DNA of 64,000 nt from Lama glama. Its lineage: Eukaryota. Both the position numbers and the translations under genes were made by a program. Positions 13,485 to 27,145 of this stretch are shown in pieces; positions within the stretch are counted from its first letter, which is position 1, and every line of letters starts with the position of its first letter. The stretch is taken from the NCBI GenBank assembly GCA_028534125.1, contig CM052817.1, positions 54,004,001 through 54,068,000 on the forward strand. Direction: 5' to 3'. Under the pieces are notes generated by a model. The model saw nothing but the letters and a program-made list of their open reading frames with translations. It ran no database searches and was not told the DNA's origin.

Positions 13485-14180
13485 AAATGGTTTTGACAAA
13501 GTTCATCCTGATATATAAGTGGATAGGATGTAAAAATAAAAATAAGTGACAATTCATTTAAAAGGACTCAAAACTGTAACCAATGAGATAGACACAAGTA
13601 ACAACTGTACCCAGAGAGAATTCTGGGTCAGGTAAGGTTAGACAGACAATGCTTTCTAGTGGCTTTCAGCAAAGCTCTGTCCTTCATACTGATCACTCTA
13701 ATATTAATATTCAGTTGGAGAAATCAAAGGAATAAAAGTAAAATCTGCAATTCACACAAAGCTAGAGGCTCTAACAAAAAGGAAGTCAGGATGAACATCT
13801 GAAAAAGTCATTTAAATACCAGGCAAGAATAAAGGGCTGGTAGTAATAAAATGCAAATACAAATTCTAAAATTCTAAAATAACCTTAAAAAGGTGTTTCA
13901 TTCATGTACAAAAGTTGTATAGTTACTAGAAGAATTTTAAAAATTCATTTAAATTGAATACAATTGACTGAAATTCAAAGGGAGTAAGCCCTCTGATCAT
14001 GTTGTCAGAAGACATAAAACATACAGTGCCCCGGAAAAGGCAACTGAACTACTGTTTCAGTTCTGAGCAACAGATTTTGAGAGCAACCTCATCAAGGTGG
14101 ACTAGTTCAAAGACTGAAACCAGAAAGGACCAGAATCTAGAAATCATGAAAAAAGAAGCTGGAGTAATTAGCAGGATGAA
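13485..14180 (+). mobile_element. L3/CR1 LINE remnant (decayed reverse-transcriptase region)
   Basis: Ordered matches to recalled L3 consensus: tttgacaaagtt, acaactgtacccagagag, tctagtggctttcagcaaagctctgtcctt, and tctgcaattcacacaaagctagagg (the FADDTKL-encoding region). Confidence 0.6.
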
Positions 14181-14589
14181 ATAATTCAGGGTCTGGTATT
14201 CCTGTCATCCTTTGTACATCCCAGATTCCCTGTAGTAAGTAGGCTCTGTAACCAAGCTGGCTCCAGGATAATTCTAACACAGTCACTAAACTAGTGGCCT
14301 TACCCTTTCATCCAATTTTACAGGTCAACAACTGTCTTTCATTTTTTATCCTTAATCCTCATGTCCAGATTTAAAGTGTTCTTTAATCTCTGCACATTCC
14401 TCAAGTCCAAATAACTCAAGAGCCCCTCTCTTTTAGAATCTTCATCCTGTCCCTAAATATGATGATTTTGTTAAAAATAGGTTCAAATCTGTATTTTCTA
14501 GACTCAAAAAATAACAAAGAAAATGCCTTCTAAGCTGCCATGAAGTTAGTATCTTCCTTTAATTACTTCCCTGTACCTTTCTTTAATGT

Positions 14590-14765
14590 GTTAATTTACA
14601 CTGTGATTCTAGGAGACAAGAGGAAGGAGGGTAGTGATAGCGACAGCCTATTATTTTGTATCTTACAAATTTACCTGATGATAGATGGGAGTCTTCCCTC
14701 CACCCACCTCAAATATATTATATGTCTAATGTTCCATAGAACATATTTTGAGAAACGCTGCTCTA
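14590..14765. mobile_element. hAT-Charlie DNA transposon (MER-type) remnant
   Basis: Terminal ttccatagaacatattttgagaaacgctg is typical of Charlie-type TIRs. Confidence 0.4.
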
Positions 14766-15279
14766 CAGCATTCTATAAGCTATGTGTTTCTTTTTTTAAA
14801 AAACTTTTTTTTCAAGTTTTTGTGACAACAGCTTTTTTCCTAGATTCTGGATTAGCTTTGCTAAATTTTGACATACCTTCTCCATATACATTTCCATCTT
14901 GCTCTGCAAATTTTTGTTCCCTACCTTCTCTTCTTCGGTTAGTTTCCCACTAAATTTTCTGAATTTTTGTTCACAACTTTTCTTCTTTGGTTAGTTTCAG
15001 ATATTCACATGACTCTCAAAATTCCACTTGTACCTCTTTATAAATGATTCTCAAATGTTTAGTTCCTTCCTAAGTGGCAGCATAGTGGTTTGGTTCAGTG
15101 AGATAACTCTAAAGGAGTTCAAATCTCAGGTCTACTTATTACTTGTGTTACCTTGGGTTTTAGTAGTATTTGCTCAACAAGTTTTGAGAATTAAATTTGG
15201 TTTCAGGAAAAATGCTTCAGATACTTAACTATTCACTCTTATTTTTCTTTCTGAACCCAAGCTCCTTTTTGATCCCTGG

Positions 15280-15960
15280 GCTATCATCACTGTTGGGCAC
15301 TGCAGATTTCTCTAGCACCTCAAACTTAATATGTTTAAGACTTAATTCCAATTCCGCATCACTGAACTCTCTAAGTCAACATTTCTTCATTTTCCTATTG
15401 TAAACAATGGTATTACCTCTTGCACAATCACTATGGCTCAAAATTCAGTTCTTGACTTTTTAGCACTTTTACGGATTTGTTAGTTTCTGTCAAATTTTCT
15501 TCACCACCTCACCCCAAACTCATTTCTCTCCATTACTATCATCGCATCTTAGTTCAGCTGGAGCGACTTAGCAGCTAAACTGTGGGATTCACGTCCTTAC
15601 CTATTCTATCTGGAGTCTAAGGTATTTGAACACAGGTGCCATAGTATTTTCTAAAATACTCTGATGCATTTGTCTTCTTTTAAGCTGGTGTTTAAGGAAA
15701 GATCTGTTTTCTTGAGTCAAACTTGCTATTTTATTTTTTACTATTCTCAAATTTAAAATCTCCTTGGGTTCTGTAGTCACTTAAATTTCTTTTTTCATAT
15801 TCCCATATTGTGGTACTTAACGTCACTCTGCCTAGCATTAGAGTTTTTAATGCAAGTATTTTTTTCTTCCAATAGACTACGGGTACTCTGAATACAGATA
15901 CAATGTCTTATTCACATCTATATCCTCTTCATAATTTTCATAGTGTTTGGGGGAAATGAC
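15280..15960 (+). mobile_element. L2 remnant
   Basis: ctagcacctcaaacttaatatgttta, ttctctccattactatc, caatgtcttattcacatctatatcc. Confidence 0.55.
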
Positions 15961-16812
15961 ATAATTACTTATTAAATTTATTTAGATACATTTTCATGAA
16001 CTCACTCATATAATATACAGCCTCTTTTTCCTTTGTTGGTCATATTCCTATCAAGCAATAGTTTTCTTTTGAGAAATCTACAATATTTTACCTACTCTAT
16101 ACGATAAGTAGATAGATAAACAGATCGATCCTTGGTATCTGAGCACAGATCTAAACTTTCTTATCAGACTGTAACTTCTTAAAAGTATGATTTATCTACA
16201 ATATTTTCTTCTTAGGCAATTTTCAAGTAGTTCCTAAATTCAAAAAAAAAGCCTATTTTACTAGAAAATTCAATCCATTCAATATTACTTATTCTTATGT
16301 AATTGCAGATTTCTAGACATTATTATTATGGGTTTAGGAATCATGAGTGTGTGGTTAAGAGATAAGAGCAAAAACAACCAATATACAATGTTAGAAATTA
16401 AAATCCTAATAGGTTTTCTCTGTTCCCTCTCTTAAATGCCTAATTTCATATTCTACTGAGAGTGATTTTCTTTTTTTAAACCTAAAACATGCTTTAAGCA
16501 TTTCAACAAACAGTCCAAGTGCAAAACCCTTTTCCTGGCCCACAGGCCTTGTAGCATCTGAACGCCATGTCTTCCTCTCCGTCCTCACCTGGTTCTATTT
16601 TGTTTCCTGCTGTACTCAGTGCTTAGCTTACCAGAGGGCCCAGAGTAGTCAATTAATAAATCATTACTAAAAATTGATTTTAAAAATTAAAATTAAATAT
16701 TAGAATAGGTTAGAAGTAGCATTTTTAAAAAAAGTCTTACATTCTTATGGAGTACCTCTGATATCTAATTTACTCCTCCCAGTTTTTCCATCATTTAAAA
16801 ATGCTCATTACA

Positions 16813-17087
16813 TGAGAGATAAATTAGGAGTTTGGGACTAGGAGACACAAATTATTATATATTAAATCGATAAACAACAAAGTCCTACTGTATAGCACAG
16901 GGAACTATATTCAATATCTTGTAATAAAGTATAATTGAAAATAATCTGAAAAAATCTGTAATAAAGTATAATGGAAAATAATGAGAATAAATATGAAATA
17001 TATATATGTGTGTATATATATATATATATATAGCATCACTTTGCTGTACACCAGAAACTAGCACAACATTGTAAATCATCAATTTAA
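16813..17087 (+). mobile_element. 5'-truncated cetartiodactyl LINE-1 3' end with target-site duplication
   Basis: ataaattaggagtttggga...tcctactgtatagcacagggaactatattcaatatcttgtaata...tttgctgtacaccagaaacta. TSD aaaaatgct(c/t)attaca at 16797-16812 and 17088-17103. Confidence 0.85.
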
Positions 17088-20000
17088 AAAAATGCTTATT
17101 ACACTGTATCAGATGTTTTCTCTTAAAATAATGCTTGAAGAACACTGCTTTTCTCCTTCACTCCATTTTTCCATCTGTAAAACTGAAGAAATTCTCAGCT
17201 AGTGGCTACATCTCAGGGATGTTGGAAACATTAACAAGGTCATACTTCAAAGTGCTCAAGACTTCTTTGGATGAAAGATGTTACCTAGTATAACATATTA
17301 TTACCATTTCTGATAGGATTACATTCTGAATGGGAAAGTATAAATGGGAGTCCCTAGAGGAAGAAGCACACACTAATGGTTTAAGTGAGATGCTGAAGCC
17401 TCAAGATAAACTAATTTAAGTCAAAGCTCCAGAGTTAAAAAGTAAGTAATTTTAACTGGATTAAATAATGCCACCCATCGTGAAAGAACAGTCTGCCATT
17501 TACATAAGATACAATTTTAAAGTGGATTTTCTGGAAGTCTATGTAATACGCAATTATCTCAGTTTATAAGCAGGGGCTGGAATCAAAGATGTTAATATAC
17601 TGTGACTGGGAATGAAGAATTACACACCAAAATGATTATAATACTCAATGACACATTTTTCTTAAGATAATCTCACACACTATGAACACTTCTATAGATA
17701 ATTTATTTAATATATAATTAGTGGGATTTTAAAACTAAGTGTTTAAGAATGTCACAAGGACTTGAATGTGTGTAACCTTTTTTTCCACTCTGTAAGGTCA
17801 GAGACCAACTATTTTTTTCACTTTTGGCCTCAGCTTTTCACCCAGTGTCTAGCACATAGCACTGAAGCTCAATAAATGTTTTTTCTTAATACATCATCAA
17901 GTTCACATCATTAATAATTTATAATCTCATATAGCCAAATAAGTTTTGATACTAGTGCCTCAAAGGAAGAGTCAGAAACCCAACAGACAAAACTAAGATA
18001 AGTGATATTCTCCTCCCTGATTCCCAATTCCTAATGGCAGGAAGCCCCTTGAATAGTATTTAGTAATTCTAAATATTATTCCATAACTGAGATATAATGG
18101 TATAGATCAGGAATGATCTACTATAGTCCAAAGATCGTTCCTGGGCTTCATGTGGCAGAAATTTCTCTGTGGTTAAGTGATATACATAACAGGCTAACTG
18201 AAGACTAGTAAGTGAGGTTCCACAGCACTCTCAGGAAGAACTGGTGCAAAAGCTTTGTGGGTTTCCAAAGAGGGCACTGGCTCAAGTTCAAAGACACAGC
18301 AAGTCCCCTGAGCATAAGCACAGTGTGCTATGCTTTATTAGGCCAGCTCCTGGAGAATTCAGAAGTGGACAGAAATACAGTTCATAGTGTTTTCTTGGAA
18401 ACACCTCTGTCACTTACACCTCTTGTATAGGACCTCTGATGTGTCACTGAACTTTTGGACTTTCCCACCTGTTTTTATCAATTTTTAAATAACATCAAAT
18501 ACATTTGATTTAAAATATTATGGAGGCTTATTTTTCAATCTACTTCACCATGAGTATTTCTTCTACCTGGAAATCTCTGCTTATTTTTGTTTTTGAGTAT
18601 TTCTACTTCTATAGAACCTGGGCATGATAATTTTTATTTCACACAGAGTACTATAGTGGTTATTTGTGAATTTGTATTATCTCACCTATTTGGTGATACA
18701 CTTTTTTAAGGATATTGAATTGAGGTTATCTTTGTATGTAATCTTCAGTTGGTAATTGAATAAATACTACTAAGTGTCTACTATATATTGAGCAAGGTGA
18801 TTCATAAGGGATATGAACATGGACAAGAAATACATAGTTCCTGACCACATGGAACTTGGGAAATATATCACTTATCATTTAGATAGAAGGCATTCAATAA
18901 ATACTTGTTGAGTGTACATGAGAAAACTCTTTTTGTGAAAGGTCAGATTTTAAAATACAACATCTGCTGCAATTATAATTAAAATATAAGTTAGTTGGAT
19001 GTCAAGTATCTAATTAAATTAATAAATCATCACTTAAATCTATGACAATAGTGATAAAAAAGAAATAAAGTAGATAATTAAAATCACAGTTCATCTATTA
19101 CTTCCTTACGGAAGGAAAATTACCATGAAGATTAAGTATCACCTGCCAGTAACTGGTAAGATTCATAGTCAGTCAAAATCCTGTCATGGGAAGCCCTCTC
19201 CTTTCTGGAATAGAATACTTCTCCTGAGTTGGTGGGTCAAGTCAGATGTAGATATAGAAATCTACATAAAATAAGTATGAACAAGAAATTCTACCCTTAA
19301 AAATTTACTACCAGACTCATGTTTTGTTAGATGTTTCTTTTGTAATAGTCATTTATTATAAAAGTAGGTATTGGTTGTATTTAATAGCTATATGCTATAT
19401 TGGGGAAAAAACAGCTTAAGTGTCTCTCTTATCCATCTTATTCATTCGTCCATGTTGACTCCTTAACATATTACATATATTTACTGCGTGCAAGATTCAA
19501 ATGTCATATAAATTTTGTAATTTTTTGAGTTAAACTAAAAATACAAACTTGTTGAGTAAATAAAATGTTAATAGCTCAAATTTGGTCAAGTTTTTCAAAA
19601 ATTAAATTTCTATTTATTTCTTCTTTATACATGTAGTCAGCATATTAAAAAAGCAACTGTAAATTTTTCAATAGGGCAGGCCATAGGTGACCGGATTAGA
19701 AATAAAGTGGAGAAGACGCACTGTTTTGAAGTCATTATCATCTGCTTGGTTCAGAAGTAAGTTTGTGAATTATATACTATATATATTTTTTGCTAAATAT
19801 TTGAAGAAGCGGAATACTACAGATTTCTATAAGCCAGTTAGAAAATTAACAGCATACTTATAACTTGTAGATATAACTCAAACTTTAAGCATTAGGAGAC
19901 TCTTAGAAGTTATTAACTACATTGACAAAGAATTTGAACTTCTTGATGCTCTTCTAAGCAGACTGGAAGTATATCTGTTTCATATTACTGTAGACAGTCT

Positions 20001-21789
20001 CTACCAAATTTCACAAGATGCTATTTAATATCAAGCTGAAGAAAGCTGACATGACCAGCCCTTTCTTGCCAAATACTGGAAAATTTAATTAAATAGACAT
20101 TTGACTTCAAGAAGGCAATGTTGAAAACTAAATAAACTTTATCCTTTTAACCTTATTGACTGACCAAAGTAACAAGAAAACATCAATACTTCATCTGCAG
20201 TGAGAACTCATATTGGATGAACTTTGTCTCTGTCAAGGATGTGATTACTAATGGAGGTGGTGGAGCCAGACTTAAAATCAAATTACTCTGATGTGACAGC
20301 TTAATCTCAGACTTAACATAATCTTTATTCTACCACTTTGAAACTTCTTGGTGATTTAATAATACTCAATTTAAGGGTATAACATTATAAGCTTTAGGCA
20401 TGCCAGTTATAATTCTGGCAGGCTAAATCTTTGGTTTGTCTAAAACTCACATAAAATATAGAATAAATTTTCATTGGAGTTAAAGTTGTTCATTTCCATC
20501 AAAACTCTGGAAAAGTGCACATGACAGTTTAAAATTAATCTGGTTATTTTATATAAGAAACTAAAAAAAACAGTGGTAATATTCAGTTAAAGCATAATAA
20601 TAGAAGAACATAAAACAAAAGGATGCATTTTCTGTTATTATTCCAATTATTGCTTTTCTTTTCACAATAGTAAAGATCATTAAATCTTTCAAACCTAAGA
20701 ATGAAAGAAAAAAAACAAAACTGTCCTTAAGTTTTAAGTATTTTCGTTCATAGATTTTGACATTTTTCCCTGAGCTCTAAATTACTTTCACACAGGGAAG
20801 CTTGATAAAAAATGAAACTGTACCATAGTTTGGGGATGTGAAGACATCACTAAGGGGCAAAAGGACTGAAGCATCTTAATTTTCAAACTAAGAACTCACA
20901 TTTTTTCCGTGACTAGTCAGGAATCCACCAAAGCTATCCTCTACACGTTTGTGGAAGGATTAGGATCACTGAATTCTTCAAAGTAAATTCAAATTAAATT
21001 TAACAAAATAAAATAATAACTGTGATATGAGATTGAATTGGGGAGGGGTTCTTCAAAACTTAATGAAGTACTGACACTCTCAATGTGTGTATGTATGTGT
21101 GAGAGACAGACAGACAGACTACATGACTAATAGTCAGATAGAAGGCAAACAAAACTCACCCCGTACTTTGTATAGTTTTTCAAACAGAGTTTGAAGAATA
21201 GCAGGGAAAGAAAAGTTGTGCAGAGAAGAGGGAAGGAAAGGAATGCCAAAATGAATTAAAGAAGGAAACTGAGAGGATGGAATTAGAGAGATATTATGTA
21301 AAAGATAGTATTTTCACTAAGTCAAAGAAAGAGCCTAGTAAAGGAAGAGATGGTAAATGGTCACAACCATTGCATCAATATTGAAGAATGAGCTCTGAGA
21401 AAATAGTTTGACTCAAATGGAAGTTTCAGATGGTTTTTGATAAAATATTACGAGTAAATTGGTGGAATAAAAAGATGGCAAGGAGGTAACTACTAAATGC
21501 TTAAGGAATATCATTAAGGTAAAAAACAAAAACAAAAACAAAAACAAAATTTCCAGCCTTGTTGTCACTACAGAAATTAGTTCATATGTGTAATAGTCCC
21601 TCTGTTTCTGAGTAGCTCAAAGTTACTTTGGTTCTCCTATCATAGGCAGTTTGAGCAAATGAGCTGTGCTAGCTGTGACAGATGTTATGAGATACTTCCA
21701 AAGTTTATTTAATAAAGACTCTCCAAATCAAGTGACTGTACAGATACATAAAACATATGCCTCAAGCATTAGAAAAGGCTAAGAATTGC

Positions 21790-22015
21790 CAATGGTATTG
21801 GATCAGTCACTTTGATGGAGAAATAAGGGTCACAGGTTCAGTCTCATTCAGCTTGACTCTATAGCTTGAACCATAAACTCCAGTCAGCAGACAGGTTCTC
21901 TTGTGTCAAGTGGCAAGTGCCTTACTGCTGTTTGGAAAATAAGACAAAACAAATGACTCTTGGTAGATCAAATGAGATCATCTTACTGGTAAAGATTTAA
22001 ACATCATTCACCTTA
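21790..22015 (+). mobile_element. Possible ancient tRNA-derived SINE remnant (MamSINE1-like)
   Basis: Degenerate B-box-like aagggtcacaggttcagtc, followed by sequence resembling the MamSINE1 3' half. Confidence 0.35.
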
Positions 22016-22029
22016 TTACATATGAAGCA

Positions 22030-22550
22030 AAACAAAAATTTCCATCAACAGGGGAATGGATACATTGTCTACATAAACCCATGAACACATAAAGCCCTTC
22101 AAAAGAATCAAAGTTATACCAGCTGACTCTGGCAAATTTCACAAAGTATCATATAATGAGAAAAGCAAGATGTATATATGATATGATCCTGTTTTTGTAA
22201 ATACACATACACACACACACCTAGACACACACATTATAAATCTATATTCATGTAAAGATCTCCAAAGGACACCTGTGTACAGAAAGAACTGTGAAGTACA
22301 TACACTAAATTGTATGTTTAATATATGTGTGTGCTTATATATATGTATATATATAAAAATCTCACCCTTGTAAAACTATGCATGTGTGCATATATGCATA
22401 AAGCAATACCTAAAACAATGGTCATTACAAAGTCAGTTGTATTTAACTCCAGTGATAGAAATGCAAGTAAACTTTACTTTCACTTTTACTTATAATTTTG
22501 TAATATTTTTATTAGATTATTTATTCTTTATTATGTAACCAGAAAAAAAA
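22030..22550 (+). mobile_element. Old L1 (L1ME-like) 3' remnant with CA/TA-rich simple sequence
   Basis: tccatcaacaggggaatggata...aatgagaaaagcaag...atatgatcctgtttttgtaaa. Confidence 0.5.
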
Positions 22551-22787
22551 AGATATTTTAGCACAGAAGAAAAAGACAAGTGGACTGGTTTCAATTTAAT
22601 CCATCAGTCTGAAATCAGCCATGGATTGCCCATTTTCTCCTAGGTATAATGAGCATTCTGCAATGTTGATACTTGGTAATGAGGTATACTTGGTCAGTAA
22701 GAAATAGAGCAATAGAGCTTCACATGTGTTCTATACTGAATTGTGCTCTTTTTAAAATAAAAATCTGCTCTTTAATTAAAACAAATT

Positions 22788-23245
22788 TGTAGAAGGCTGA
22801 AAATGCCCTGCCCTACAAAAAAAAATTTCTATGACCTAATCCCCAGAACCTGTGAACATTTTACCTTTCATGGCAAAAGGAACTTTTGCAGATGTGACTA
22901 AATTAATGATTTTGAGATAAGACAATCCTGTATCATCCAGGTGGGCCCATTATGGGTCCTCATGAAAGGGAGGCAAGAGGGTCAAGGTCAGAGGAGAGAC
23001 CTGAGGATAGAAGTAGAGGTTGGAGTGATGTGCTTTGAAGATGGAAGAAGGGACCAGGAGCCACTGAATGCAGGTGGCTTTTAGAAGATTGAAAGGACAA
23101 GGAAACAGATTCCAAAAGGAATGGACTCCTACCAATATCCTGATTTTAGACTTCTGGCCTCTACACTTGTAAGAGAATAAAATTGTGTTATTTTAAGCCA
23201 CCATGTTGTGGTAATTTGATATAGTATCAGTAGAAGACCAATGCA
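22788..23245 (+). mobile_element. MaLR solo LTR, MLT1D-like
   Basis: TG...CA ends; cctaatccccagaacctgtgaa...ggcaaaagg...tttgcagatgtga...ttttaagccac. 5-bp TSD aaatt/aaagt. Confidence 0.85.
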
Positions 23246-23569
23246 AAAGTTTAACCATTATTAACAGCAACAAAACATAGATCAGATTCAGTTCAGAGCA
23301 AGAGTTACAGAGTAAGTGATCACCCATTCACTAACTGCAGTTTCTCTCCCTCCTTGTTTTAACACAGGTTCCTAACAATGCTTCCTACCTCTCGATGGAA
23401 ATTCTTCTGAAGTCAAGCTAACTTCAGCTAACTTTGGCATGCACAACCCTAATTTTTAGGCATCAGGCTATAGGGCAGTACAATGTCTTGCAAAGAATAG
23501 CTCGTTAGCCTTCTCAATTCTCAGACAAGAATATATTTTTACCAGTCTTTAGCAAAATGAACAAAAATC

Positions 23570-23790
23570 ACATGAGGCAAAGGGACCTGTATTCAAATCC
23601 CTACCCCCCTCCCTACTCATCTACTAGGCATGGGAACTTGGACAAACTAAGGGCTTCATTTATATTCTTGTGTTCCTTATTTTTTAAACGGGAACTATAC
23701 TACATAAATAAACAAACTGCTAAGAAGATATAATGATATACTATATAAAGTATTTAGCATAGTGTTAGCTCTTGGTAATTGCTGAGACAA
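23570..23790 (+). mobile_element. MIR SINE
   Basis: gacctgtattcaaatccct...aacttggacaa...tataaagtatttagcatagtg. Confidence 0.6.
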
Positions 23791-26700
23791 CAATATCTAC
23801 AATGAAGGGAAAAACTCTCGTTTTCTTCTAGCAATTTCTCTTCTCTGTATTTTAATTTTGATAAAGAGGAAGAAAATCAAGTAGAGGAGTTATAGTCTAT
23901 TTTTATTAAACACTCCAAGATATGCTTTCCCACTCATTTCCTGGGCCATAAGGTTCTAAGTCACTCCAGTTTCCATTCCAATCAGAGAATTGTCTGCTAA
24001 ATCTTTAATGAACTATTTGCATCAAATAGTTACCTAGCAACCATCACTAATATAAAATTAGATTTGAGTTTCAGTAAAAGCCTACAGCCTACTAAAAGGA
24101 TTCAAAGATAGATGAATACTAGTCCATGTCAGAATTTTAATTCTTAAAAACAACACCTAGATAGAATATCTCAAAAGCCTACATCAAGAATGCACAGTAT
24201 CATTTATAGCTTGGTATTCAGAACTTTATGATTTAGTGTTTTCAACAATAAGCTAAACACTCTACCCATATTGTATGAAAGACTTATTAAAATAATAGCA
24301 AACTTTGATCAAGCACTATTTGTGTGCTAGAAACTAATTCTATGTGTATGAGTTACTTGAATAGAACTTTGACATAAATGCTTGCATTAAAGAAATAAAA
24401 AATATTTCAAAAGCATTAGATTCATTTGGATATATCTGGTAAACAATGAGACTCTTCGACTCTGTTATCAGTCAGTGAGGGAAAAAAGATCCTGGCTTTC
24501 CACTACTTAGGTAAAATAAAATAGCCTTTATAGGTTGATCCCTATTAGCTCTGAATCTTTAGCACTTTTAGAACCAGTGATAAATGGGATTTTTAGTAAA
24601 AGTCTCCTACTAGTGTTCAAGCTACTGCCTGAGGATAAAGAGAAGGTATTTCACTGTTTTAGAAAATACCGTCTGATACCCCAAGGAGCAGCAGCTGGTA
24701 AGATTCAATCAAGTAACAGAACTCATTGGAAACTCTTGAATTTTGTATTAGAATCAGTTCTAATCAGAAATGTAGCCCGATCCTGATAAATGACTGAAGG
24801 ACTGTTGGATCGTAAAGACAAAGAATAGCTTATATTTTTCACTTTACACTTATTCATTCTTAAAAAGAGCAACACATGCCATCTGTTGCAGGGCAGTCAT
24901 TCATAATTTATGAGATCCGAGCTTGATATCTGAACCCATTTAATATGAGTATTTGTGAGCACATGCTAAAGTGGAATGAGGAATTCTTAGAACTTTGCCT
25001 CAATAATATTCCCAATAATACTCTTTTACTAGCCCAGCATTTTTCTTGAAGGTAAAGCTTGATGAGGCTGGGTGAATAGCTCGGTAAGTAACAGATCGGG
25101 ATAAAGCCAAAATACTGCCAAAAAAACAATTTCTGTCAGACTGAAACACATACATAGCCAGCTACCAGTTCTCTAGGTTCTTGAGCAATCAGGATGACTA
25201 CAGAAGAAAAAAAAAAGGAAGACTTTCAGAGATAAATGCATTTCATTTCCAATAAATTTGAATATGACCCCCCTTCTGAGTCTTTCCTGTTATCTTGATA
25301 AACTTAACATCAGTGAGTTCTCTAAGAGGTAAGGGGAACAGGGGAGAGAGCGAGTCAAGGAAAATCAGAGTAAACGAAACCCAACGTTCTGACTTTTGAG
25401 AGAAATTCATTCTTCTCTTCTTTCTGTAATTACATCAGTTACTTTTTGTTTGTCTTTTTGTTTAACTGCAGACAGTTTTCAGCAGCTATAAAATCTCGGT
25501 GTTACTCAGTACTGAACTTACTTCAAGCTGCTTTAAAAACTAAACTGAGAAAACATTTGCCACAGAAATTTGGATGCATATTTAAAGGCTTCCAAAGGTA
25601 ATGGTTAGCATGTAGTGAACATAAAAGTAAACTGCACATCCAACCTTCTCTAAAAATGTTCACTTACTGGCTTTCTCCAGGCAATTCTGGAAGAAATTTA
25701 TGAGAAAGGCCATGAGGCTTGAAATCTAGCTGTAGGAGCAAAAGGCTGCTTTTTCATAATATTGAGAAAGTTGGGTTTTTTGATATCTCAATATGCCATC
25801 ATTAATTGTATTAATTATAGGCCACAGTGAAGGCAAACAAAGACAGAATAATCAAGCAGTCACATTAGGGCTATTTTGAATTCTGAAAATCTCTGGGAAG
25901 AATCTGAATTAAAATGAGGAATTGAATTATAATGCCAAGTTTCAATTAAAGGGAATATATTTGAATATTTTATATTTTCGAGAGTATGCCTTAATCACTT
26001 CTATCTCTCGGCTGTAGAAAACTATACTGACATTTAAAGAAACAAAGTAGCATGATGGCAAGATAACCCAACTGACAATTAAGAGAGAATGAGTTCTAAC
26101 TATATAATCTCTAACTATTTCACCTATTTTGAGTCTTATGTTGTTCATACAAAAAAGTTAAAAGATGGGTTTAGATTGCTTTGTAATTGAATTCCACTGT
26201 TATTACGTAGAGACAGTATGTGAAAACTCATATAATAAGGGCTGAACCAGTATTTGTGGGATGAACTAAATGAACATGCCAGGATCTGCCTGGAGGCAGT
26301 TGAGAACACTGGCACCTCCTTATCTCTTGAGATCTGCAGGGAGAAATGGGTCTGAAAGTAAAATAATCTAGTACTAAAAGCTAACGCCAGTGAGGAAAGT
26401 ATGAAAATAAAAGGCACAATGTCCAAACTCCATAGCAAGCTTGGGTGTGGTTAATGCAACTTCTAGCACTAGCAGGTAAAGTCCAAAGGCAATGCAGAGC
26501 AAGGAATTTAACTGACAAATAACCCACATGAGACCCAGTGAACTGAGTGTGGATTCAGAAAATTTGCTTGATGTGTCTTAGTATCACTTGTGGGTTAAAG
26601 AGAGCAACCCTATAAGAGAGAACTGGTTCAAGAGCTAAATCATACGGCAGATCCCCTTGTAACCAGTTCTGAGAAGGACTCAAAATCCAGAGGTGATCTG

Positions 26701-26934
26701 AAATAAAAAAATGAAGAATTAAGAGAAAAGTCTTATCTGTGAAGTTATGCCAATAGTTAAGAGCATCAGAGAAGGCTATAACTCTATGATGCCTGGGGCT
26801 CCCCAAATCTTGCGATAAGTTAACAACATTACATATTTCTAAGCCCCAGGGCACAATAGCACTGATTGTCAAAAAAACTTCAAAAACGGATGAGATGCAA
26901 CAGTCATGACTTGGAATAGCTATGACATACTAAA

Positions 26935-27145
26935 AATTTCTAATATGACTATCACTGTGCAAAGCTTTTTACGTATATTTAACGTTAATTTTCATGTCAA
27001 CTGTGTGAACTGATTATCATCCTTATTTTCAATGTGAAGAGCCTCATTCACAAAGCATTAAAACAATTTTACTAGAAAATAGCTATTAACTGGCAAAATC
27101 AGAACATAAATTCTAAGACTCTCACTCTTAACCACTATATTATAC
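26935..27145 (-). mobile_element. MIR SINE
   Basis: attatcatccttattttca...cactcttaaccactatattatact. Confidence 0.6.
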
